A stretch of 64,000 nucleotides of DNA. It comes from Deltaproteobacteria bacterium (lineage in GTDB: Bacteria; Bdellovibrionota_B; Oligoflexia; Oligoflexales; Bog-1112). The stretch's first letter is position 1. Each line of letters starts with the position of its first letter. Below are positions 49,304-56,650 of this stretch, one piece after another. The notes below the pieces were generated by a model. It saw only the letters and a list, made by a program, of their open reading frames with translations, ran no database searches and was not told the origin of the DNA. The position numbers and the translations under genes are program-made. Where the stretch lies: assembly GCA_020635195.1 (NCBI GenBank), contig JACKAG010000005.1, positions 22,559 to 86,558 on the forward strand, written 5' to 3'.

Positions 49304-50794
49304 TTAATTTCCTGCTCCAGCTGCTTTCAGAAAATCTACAATCTCTTTATTCCCTTTCAGCATAGCCACACGGATGGGATTATGATCAAAATCGTCAGCC
49401 TTATGAACATCCGCACCTTTTGTGACGAGAAGCTCTACGATCTCTTTGTCTTTATTATAAGATACTGCCCAAAGGAGTGGGGTCCAGCCAAAAGCGTCAG
49501 CCCGATTCACATTCGCGCCAGCTTCAATAAGATGCTTTACACTCTCTTTGTGACCACCCTTTACCGCCTGATTAAGAGGAAGGTGCCCACAAATGTCAAT
49601 CTGATTCACATTCACACCTTTTTTGATAAAAAACTCTATAAGCTCTGTCATTCCACGCTCTGCTACCTCTGTGAGGTTTGTTTCCCCATTCTCTGCTTTC
49701 CAATAGAAAATTGATCGAGAGGAAGGGTCCTCAGCCTGAGCCCCATCTGCACCAGCTGCCATGAGACGATCTGCGATTTCTGTGTGACCATTATACAGGG
49801 CCAGATTGAGAGGAGTTTCGCCAAACCTGTGATTATTATTCACATGCGAGCCAGCTGCAATGAGAAGCTCTACAAACTCTTTTCGCCCATGCTTCGCCGC
49901 CTGGCTGAGAGCGTTTCCTCCCTGCTTATCTGCCCTATTCACCTTCGCACCTGCTGCGATAAGACATTCTAAAACAGCTTTATCTTGATTCTTCCCCCCA
50001 CAAGCCCAGCTGAGGGGAACATAGCCATTATTGTCAGCCTTATTCACATCCGCACCAGCTTCTTTAACGAGAAACTCGACAACGACTTTATCTCCATTCC
50101 ACGCCCCCCAACAGAGGGGAGTACAGCCATTATTGTCAGCCTTATTCACATCCGAGCCTGCTGCGATAAGACATTCTAAAACAGCTTTATCTTGACTCCC
50201 CCCCCCACAAACCAAGCTGAAGGGGGTCCTGCCATTATTGTCAGCCTTATTCACATCCGCGCCTGCTGCGATAAGACATTCTAAAACAGCTTTATCTTGA
50301 CTCCCCCCCCCACAAACCAAGCTGAAGGGGGTCCTGCCATTATTGTCAGCCTTATTCACATCCGCACCCGCTCCAATGAGAAGCTCGACAATGGCTTTAT
50401 CTCTATTATGAGACACAGCCAAAATGAGTGGAGACTCTTCGTCAAAACAAGAGAACTGATTCACATCCGCACCAGCTCTAATGAGAAGCTCGACAATGGC
50501 TTTGTGTCCATTCTTCACTGCAAAGCAGAGAGGAGTGCTGATATAGCCATCAAAAAAACCGCCGCTAGCAGAAGAGTCCTCGCTCTCATCATCACTATCA
50601 CTCCAGGACTCACTAGCACCATACCCATCCACATTGGCTCCTCTCTCAAGAAGCAAATGCACTGCTTCCCAATGACCTTTGCTTGCAGCAATGGTGAGAG
50701 GCGTATTTCCGGCCATATTGTCTCCCACTCCCACAGCCAAACAAGAACTAAAAAAAACAAACAAAATTGAAAAAATTGACAATGATATTCTCAT
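49304..50794 (-). CDS. Secreted ankyrin-repeat protein
   Basis: It has a leader 'MRISLSIFSILFVFFSSCLAVGVG'. About 10 or more ankyrin repeats follow the consensus 'G.TPL..A...GH...VE.LI.AGADVN'. It includes near-identical 35-aa units 'KADNNGRTPFSLVCGGGSQDKAVLECLIAAGADVN'. Confidence 0.9.
   Translation of the reverse strand: MRISLSIFSILFVFFSSCLAVGVGDNMAGNTPLTIAASKGHWEAVHLLLERGANVDGYGASESWSDSDDESEDSSASGGFFDGYISTPLCFAVKNGHKAIVELLIRAGADVNQFSCFDEESPLILAVSHNRDKAIVELLIGAGADVNKADNNGRTPFSLVCGGGSQDKAVLECLIAAGADVNKADNNGRTPFSLVCGGGSQDKAVLECLIAAGSDVNKADNNGCTPLCWGAWNGDKVVVEFLVKEAGADVNKADNNGYVPLSWACGGKNQDKAVLECLIAAGAKVNRADKQGGNALSQAAKHGRKEFVELLIAAGSHVNNNHRFGETPLNLALYNGHTEIADRLMAAGADGAQAEDPSSRSIFYWKAENGETNLTEVAERGMTELIEFFIKKGVNVNQIDICGHLPLNQAVKGGHKESVKHLIEAGANVNRADAFGWTPLLWAVSYNKDKEIVELLVTKGADVHKADDFDHNPIRVAMLKGNKEIVDFLKAAGAGN
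50126..50366. repeat. About 2.3 copies of a 105-bp tandem repeat inside the ankyrin gene, each full copy carrying a C9 (coding-strand G9) homopolymer
   Basis: Units at 50126-50230 and 50231-50335 differ at one position (50155 A vs 50260 C). A partial third copy extends to about 50366. The C9 runs are at 50198-50206 and 50303-50311 and encode Gly-Gly-Gly. Confidence 0.95.
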
Positions 50795-50922
50795 TCTATT
50801 GGTCCTTTGCTACGTGATTTGTCTTTCAATTAACCTCATGTATGCACAGAGCTCCGCACACTATCAAAGAACAAGAAAAAATTGCAATAATATTCTGCAT
50901 TCTACGACTCTTCCAGACTTTT

Positions 50923-51531
50923 TTATTGTGTTGAGCATTCTTTTCTGTGTCTGGAAGAAGAAGAAGAAGAACCAGAGGGGGGATTTATGCGATTACTATC
51001 ATAATCCATCAAAATTTTTGATATTTCTGTATGCCTCAGCCTCGTCGTCCAGAAGGATATCACACACTCATCCACATCTGCTCCAGCTGCAATAAGAACT
51101 TGCAGGACCTCTTCGTGATCATTCCACGCGGCAAGATAGGTAGGGTTTGATAAAGAATTGGGCTTCGCATTTACATCTGCTCCAGCAGCGATGAGAAGCT
51201 GCACGATCTCTTTATGGCCCTTTTGCGCTGCCAAAGAGATCGTGGGCCAGCCATTCCTGTCCCTCTGATGAACATCCGCACCAGCTGCAAGAAGAAGCTC
51301 TACGATCTCTTTGTGACCCTCGCGTACTGCAAGATTGAGGGGGATGCCGCCATTATTTTCAGCCTGATTTACACCAACTCCCCAATCAAGAAGGAATCCC
51401 ACAATATCCTTGTGACCATTCTTTACAGCTGCGATCAGAGGTGTATCCCCCACATCCAGGCTGATATCTCCTGCCCCTGTAGCCAGATTACTGCCAAAAA
51501 CCATGAAGGAGACGACAAATAATATTCTCAC
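50923..51531 (-). CDS. Secreted ankyrin-repeat protein (short)
   Basis: It has a leader 'MRILFVVSFMVFGSNLATGAG', about 5 ankyrin repeats ('GDTPLIAAVKNGHKDIVGFLL', 'GIPLNLAVREGHKEIVELLLAAGADV', and others) and a C-terminal poly-Ser from a (TCT)n run. A GTG start has GGGAG 4 nt upstream. Confidence 0.85.
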   Translation of the reverse strand: MRILFVVSFMVFGSNLATGAGDISLDVGDTPLIAAVKNGHKDIVGFLLDWGVGVNQAENNGGIPLNLAVREGHKEIVELLLAAGADVHQRDRNGWPTISLAAQKGHKEIVQLLIAAGADVNAKPNSLSNPTYLAAWNDHEEVLQVLIAAGADVDECVISFWTTRLRHTEISKILMDYDSNRINPPSGSSSSSSRHRKECSTQ

Positions 51532-51600
51532 ATGACTCCCTTTTTCATTAAATCCTGTCCTGTATAACAGCAGTTCAGCCCCTCTGACAAGGAGGACTCA

Positions 51601-51625
51601 CATGTTTCCCAGAATGGGAAACATG
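51601..51625. repeat. Perfect 11-bp inverted repeat with a 3-nt spacer (CATGTTTCCCA-GAA-TGGGAAACATG)
   Basis: It is read directly. It lies about 70 nt upstream of the 50923-51531 ankyrin gene start and about 140 nt downstream of the 51764 lipoprotein gene stop. No U-tract follows it on either strand. Confidence 0.9.
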
Positions 51626-51763
51626 AAACATTCGGCTGGCATCAGGGTTATCCCGCCGGCTTTTCATATGCTTCAGCTGACAGACAGAGCAGGGAACAGC
51701 GACAGAGCGAAAACATTTATCTTCTCTCAGCTGCTCAGGGAAAGCTATCAGGACAGCGAGACA

Positions 51764-52504
51764 CTATAGGATAGTAATCCGCCTGATTTCCCACTGGAAG
51801 AATCGGGATTTCTTTGGATAGATGGCCAGAAGCAGCGTTTGCTCACCAGGAGCAGCATCCCGCCATTCCGTCTCGGGAGCCACCGGACTTTTTATCGTAC
51901 CGGAACTGACATACCAGAAGAGTTTGACAGGTTCATCAACTGATTTTGTCAGGCTTGCCTTAAGAGCAAGCGGAGCCTGACGACCGTTCCCCTCGTCCGG
52001 ACTGTCCAGAGTCAGCTGATGAGCCGTCCAGCCCAGAGCCTCTGAATCCGCAGCAACAGACAAAACATCCCCAAGCATGACTTCCTCTTTGCCATCATCT
52101 GCCCGAAGCCTGACACCATAGCGGAAGCGAACCACGCCGTTCATAGCCTCTGATATTGCAGCAGTCGGTGCAGGAACAGACACCGTCCCCGTCTGACGAT
52201 AAAGGCTGAGAGCTCCATAAGAGCTGAGATTTCCGTCTTCGTTCAGTGTCATCGTTAAACGAAGGGCCTCCGGAGTCTCTTCATCAAGGTATGCCTCTGA
52301 CAGGCTGATGTTCCGCTCAGATGGTAGCAGAGCAACAATTTCCAGACCGACCACAGCTGCCCCGCTCACAACAGGACTGTCCGCACGAATACCGACCCCT
52401 CTGAGCTTATTTACGCGCTCCGGAGGGTCGTCATCCCGGTTGCAGGAAAGAGACAGCACTAAAAGCAAGATCAGCCCGTAAACAGGGGATAAACAGGACC
52501 TCAT
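51764..52504 (-). CDS. Hypothetical lipoprotein translationally coupled to the TonB-dependent receptor
   Basis: 246 aa with a lipobox 'LSLSC'. Its ATG overlaps the upstream receptor stop (TGATG, sharing nt 52504). I recognise no family. Confidence 0.65.
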   Translation of the reverse strand: MRSCLSPVYGLILLLVLSLSCNRDDDPPERVNKLRGVGIRADSPVVSGAAVVGLEIVALLPSERNISLSEAYLDEETPEALRLTMTLNEDGNLSSYGALSLYRQTGTVSVPAPTAAISEAMNGVVRFRYGVRLRADDGKEEVMLGDVLSVAADSEALGWTAHQLTLDSPDEGNGRQAPLALKASLTKSVDEPVKLFWYVSSGTIKSPVAPETEWRDAAPGEQTLLLAIYPKKSRFFQWEIRRITIL

Positions 52505-54711
52505 CAGAACTCTCCTGTCACTTCAATATAAGGAATCGGAGGAATTCCACGAAAATAATCCTTTTTGCTGTAATCATAATTATATGCAACCCCAAATGCC
52601 TGCCTTTCTGCCGAAAGGAATTCCACACCAAAGCGATAGCGAATTTTAAAGTAATCATAGAGCTGGTCCCAGGAAGTATAAAGATCGGCCTGATGCCATG
52701 CCGGAAGTCTCGATTCATACAATGCATCCGGACGATAACGGGGCTGGTATTTGTTGTACGTGGTGTTAAAAACAGCACCCTCGATCGGCGTATAGCGGTC
52801 TCCACTATGATAGTTAAGACGTCCACCAAGAGTCCACTGTCCCGAAAGTTTATACGCACCCACCAGATTAATCACATGAGTCTGGTCATTTTCTGAAGGA
52901 CGCCAGGACGACAGTTCATTTTTCTTTTCTTCCGTCACAGACCATGTATAAGACAGCCATCCGAACCATCGCCCTGTCAGATTTTTTCTCAGAAATATTT
53001 CAAGGCCACGACTACGCAGACGCCCGCTGTTGCTGTATCTCAGAATCGGGTCAGACTGAACCATCCTGGTATTTTCTTTTGCATAGAGCTGAAACTCACC
53101 TGTCCAGCTCTGACCCCACTGTTGTTCAACACCAAGAATATAATGATCTGACAATTCCCAGCTGAGTTCCGGATTTCCATAATCCTGATCGAGCTCGGCA
53201 TATTCCGGAGATCTGGAATAGCGACCAACAGCAAACCTGAAAATGCGATCCTTCGTAAGATCCCAGGTCGCAGTCATACGGGGATCTGCTCCACTATGGC
53301 GAAGATCTGAAGAACGAAAGACTCTCAGACCTGGTGTAAAAACAGCATCAGCAACAGGCACATCAACTGAGGTCCAGGCAGACCCGATATAACCTTTCCC
53401 GTCAAATCTGGTTTCAACCACCGGAGCATCTTCAAAATCCGGAAACGGATCATCTGCATCAATTCTTGGAACACGGATACTCACCCGGGCCTGTGTCCAT
53501 TCCAGTTCAGCTCCCAGCTGCCATCGGCTCCGGCGACCAAGACGCTTCTGAAGAACAAAAGGCATCCTGTAGCTCCAGGCATTAATTCTGACAAAATTAT
53601 CCTGAAAATCATTATCAATATGTGAAAAAAGTACCTGCGGACTGACCGTATAAGACCAGCCCTCACTCAGCGATTTTCGTTGCGTAAGACCAAGTGTTCC
53701 AAAATAGGTTCCTATATCAAATCGTGCCTTTCCGGACTCATCTGCTGCACCGTTATTTCCAAGTTCAAGCCTGAGCCTGTCTGACGAACTCAGAGCCATC
53801 ACTTTCAGATATCCATCATCACGCTTCTGAAGATATCGGGCATGAGCATCATAAAACCCAGGGACAATCAGGTCATCTTCAGAGACAGAGGGGATAATGT
53901 AATCAAGAAAACTTTTTCTCACAGAAACAGAGATTCCTTCATGATCCGACAACGGTCTTTCATGAAAGACAGAAGCAAACATCGGAACATTCAGGGTCAT
54001 CTGAGTCAGGCTTTGTCCTGGAATGTCCTCTGGCGTTTCGAGAACAATCACTCCGCCTGTTGCATTTCCCCATTCCGCTGAAAAACCACCTGACTGAAAA
54101 TTCACCTGAGACACCAGTTTTTTCGGAAGAACCGAAATACCCCCGATACTATGATAAACAAAGGGAACAGCCATACCATCGACATAGTAAAGACTGTCTC
54201 CCGGCGCCGAACCACGGATAACAACCTCCGGACGAAACCCCTGAACCTGGACCCCCGGCAGCAGTCTGGTAATCTGTGCCGGATCTCCTCTTGGAGTGAC
54301 TTCCCGAACTTCTTCCGCAGAAACCTGTTTGGAAGAGATCATTCTGTTTCTTTTTCCTCTGATCACGACCTGATTCTGCGGTATATCAGGATATAAAAAA
54401 ATGACTTCATCATTCCGGAAAACTTCGACACTCAGACTTTCCTCAACATATCCATCACGATAGATTTCAAAATCCCCTGAATAAGCTGACGGAAAGGTCA
54501 CACTGATCCGCCCATCCGGATCAGAATAGAAGACCTGATCATCAAAGCGGACTTCGACCCTCTCAAGAGGACGGCCACTTCCTTTTTCACGAAAGATCTT
54601 TCGGACCACAGAGACAGAAGAATTCTGAGAAACCTGAAGATCTGTCGCCCTCAGCGTTGTGAAGGCTCCTGATAAAGACAAAAGACAAGCGAGACAGAGA
54701 GTATATCTCAT
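52504..54711 (-). CDS. TonB-dependent outer-membrane receptor-like protein with an N-terminal carboxypeptidase-regulatory-like domain
   Basis: It has a signal peptide 'MRYTLCLACLLSLSGAFTTLRA' and a CarbopepD_reg-like segment ('VEVRFDDQVFYSDPDGRISV'). A plug region follows ('ITRLLPGVQV', 'VIRGSAPGDSLYYVDGMAV'), then a long beta-barrel region ending in a terminal Phe ('IEVTGEF'). I place the start at ATG 54711. Confidence 0.8.
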   Translation of the reverse strand: MRYTLCLACLLSLSGAFTTLRATDLQVSQNSSVSVVRKIFREKGSGRPLERVEVRFDDQVFYSDPDGRISVTFPSAYSGDFEIYRDGYVEESLSVEVFRNDEVIFLYPDIPQNQVVIRGKRNRMISSKQVSAEEVREVTPRGDPAQITRLLPGVQVQGFRPEVVIRGSAPGDSLYYVDGMAVPFVYHSIGGISVLPKKLVSQVNFQSGGFSAEWGNATGGVIVLETPEDIPGQSLTQMTLNVPMFASVFHERPLSDHEGISVSVRKSFLDYIIPSVSEDDLIVPGFYDAHARYLQKRDDGYLKVMALSSSDRLRLELGNNGAADESGKARFDIGTYFGTLGLTQRKSLSEGWSYTVSPQVLFSHIDNDFQDNFVRINAWSYRMPFVLQKRLGRRSRWQLGAELEWTQARVSIRVPRIDADDPFPDFEDAPVVETRFDGKGYIGSAWTSVDVPVADAVFTPGLRVFRSSDLRHSGADPRMTATWDLTKDRIFRFAVGRYSRSPEYAELDQDYGNPELSWELSDHYILGVEQQWGQSWTGEFQLYAKENTRMVQSDPILRYSNSGRLRSRGLEIFLRKNLTGRWFGWLSYTWSVTEEKKNELSSWRPSENDQTHVINLVGAYKLSGQWTLGGRLNYHSGDRYTPIEGAVFNTTYNKYQPRYRPDALYESRLPAWHQADLYTSWDQLYDYFKIRYRFGVEFLSAERQAFGVAYNYDYSKKDYFRGIPPIPYIEVTGEF

Positions 54712-54752
54712 CAAAACTTCCGGCCCCCTATCCAGCAAAATCGCTCATATAA

Positions 54753-54780
54753 GATTCATATGAATCATGATAAAGATCAT
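54753..54780. promoter_or_regulatory. Two adjacent AT-rich dyads upstream of the receptor gene (candidate Fur-like or other metalloregulator operator)
   Basis: GATTCATATGAATC (54753-54766) is a perfect 14-nt palindrome. It is followed immediately by ATGATAAAGATCAT (54767-54780), which has 5-bp palindromic arms. The site lies 42-69 nt upstream of the receptor start codon. It contains the TGATAA and ATCAT elements seen in Fur boxes but does not match the full 19-bp consensus. Confidence 0.3.
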
Positions 54781-55066
54781 AACGCTATAAGCATATTTTG
54801 TCATTATTTCAAAAGATAAAACAGAGCATCTCCCTCAAGAAACGTTCCAGATTTTTCATCATGTTTTTTTTAAAATGAAAATAAGAGATAAGAAAGACTC
54901 CGTCAAAATAGCGCATATTGTATCAAAAGAAAAAATCATTCAATATTATGAATGAAACACATTTAACGAAAATCAGTTCATGATAAAGAAAAGGTCCATC
55001 CTTATCTTTATTTTACTGAATTTCAGTGTTCAGTTTAAATCACAACACCTGTCAGGAGGCCTGTGA

Positions 55067-55681
55067 ATGTTAAAAAAAATGACGATGACACTTGCAGCTA
55101 TGCTGTTTTCTGGTTCTGCATTTGCCTGGACAATCAGATGGGATGCGGATAATTACCGTGCCGGAGGTAATGACTGTAAAAAAGACAACACTGTCTTTGC
55201 AATTGCAGCAGGAGAGGAAATTTCTTTTATCATGACAGCCCTCGGAACAAACCTCAGTGGTTTCTCAGGCGGAAAGCTGGAAGAGCGAAAGTTCTGTACC
55301 CTGATGATACCTGCGACTGTTAAACAAGGTCTTTATCTGGCGAAGCTCACCCATAGAGTTCTCGGAGGATTTCTGAGGACAGGTAACGCCGAAGGCAAAA
55401 TCAGTGTTTCTTCTACCTTCTATAATAACCCTGTCAGCCCGATCTCATTCAGCACCAACAGCTACAGAAATAACAGTGTACCCTTCTTCGAGAAAAAAGC
55501 CTCGACAAACTTTCGGGTAAATCCAAGATATTGCCAATCCGATTACAGAGGTATTATGCGATCCAGCATTGCAGTAACAGGTCAGCGAAAAAGTATTAAT
55601 GACGGAATCGTCATTCAGGCTGACGGATACGATGTTAAATTCGAAACAACCGCTCAGATTTTCAAATGCCCGGGTTTTTAA
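55067..55681 (+). CDS. Secreted protein, DUF4360-like (tentative)
   Basis: 204 aa with signal peptide 'LAAMLFSGSAFA' and AGGAGG 8 nt upstream of the ATG. The two-Cys layout ('AGGNDC ... RKFCTLMI') is collinear with the next ORF and matches my recollection of the DUF4360 'GSGC ... NC' pattern. Confidence 0.6.
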   Translation: MLKKMTMTLAAMLFSGSAFAWTIRWDADNYRAGGNDCKKDNTVFAIAAGEEISFIMTALGTNLSGFSGGKLEERKFCTLMIPATVKQGLYLAKLTHRVLGGFLRTGNAEGKISVSSTFYNNPVSPISFSTNSYRNNSVPFFEKKASTNFRVNPRYCQSDYRGIMRSSIAVTGQRKSINDGIVIQADGYDVKFETTAQIFKCPGF

Positions 55682-55845
55682 ATCTTTAATTTCATGAAAG
55701 TACTTTATCACAGCAGCTTTCATGACACAAAAGAGGGCAACAGTTGCCAGGATCATCCGCAACTGTTGCCTTTTTTCTTTGCGTATTTTTTTTATTCTTA
55801 ACAAATAACAAATGTTCATCACAGATAAGGATAAGGAACAGAGCC

Positions 55846-56601
55846 ATGAATCTTTATCAGGATAAACAGAAGACAATAAAAATTTCATCTCTTCTGTCAG
55901 TTTTTTCTGCGTTCATGCTATCGATGATATTCGTCCAGACAGCCATCGCTGCAATTCCGGTATCAGAAGCATCCACAGAAAAAGTATCTGATAAAAATCC
56001 TCTGGAAATGAGGGACTGGCTGGCTCTGGGTTCCGGGTGCCGTGGCCGTCAGGGAGAAAACAGAAAAGACAGTAAAGTCCGTGCAGAAATTCATGCAGAC
56101 CGTCGCAATCCGATGATTTATCATGTTGACTTTGCGCTGGACTCCTATCAACTGAATGGTGATAAAGCCGTCGGTGATAAAGCCACATTTGCCAGAGAAT
56201 GCTCTCTCAGAATTGCAGCTTATCCGGGTAAAAATCTTAAAATATCAAATTTTTCTATGGAAACTTCGCTTGATGTCCAAAGAGATAAAGGATCTGCTCT
56301 GACTCTCGCATCACGGATCATGACAGCCCAGGGAAGCCTGAATGAATGGTCTTTCATTCATGAAAAAAACAGTGCCATGCAGAACAGCACACACAAGATA
56401 TCCCTGAGCCCCGACCAACATGGACACAAGATGATGAGTGATATTCCCTGTGAAACTCCTAAAATTCTGGGTGCCGATTTCCGGATTATAAATGAACGGG
56501 AAAATTTCAGGCCAAAAGTACTGGTCAAACCAAGCGGAAAAGGGAAAGTCAGGATGACCATCACCTTATCTTCCTGCAAAAATCCAGAAAAACCGGCATA
56601 A
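55846..56601 (+). CDS. Secreted protein, DUF4360-like (tentative), paralog of 55067-55681
   Basis: I place the start at ATG 55846 (MNLYQDK), with AAGGA upstream. It has a leader 'LLSVFSAFMLSMIFVQTAIA' and the motifs 'LGSGCRG' and 'ARECSLRIAAYPG'. Confidence 0.6.
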   Translation: MNLYQDKQKTIKISSLLSVFSAFMLSMIFVQTAIAAIPVSEASTEKVSDKNPLEMRDWLALGSGCRGRQGENRKDSKVRAEIHADRRNPMIYHVDFALDSYQLNGDKAVGDKATFARECSLRIAAYPGKNLKISNFSMETSLDVQRDKGSALTLASRIMTAQGSLNEWSFIHEKNSAMQNSTHKISLSPDQHGHKMMSDIPCETPKILGADFRIINERENFRPKVLVKPSGKGKVRMTITLSSCKNPEKPA

Positions 56602-56650
56602 ACGCGATTACATAAGCTCAGATCGTGATGACAAGATCATATCAGATCTT

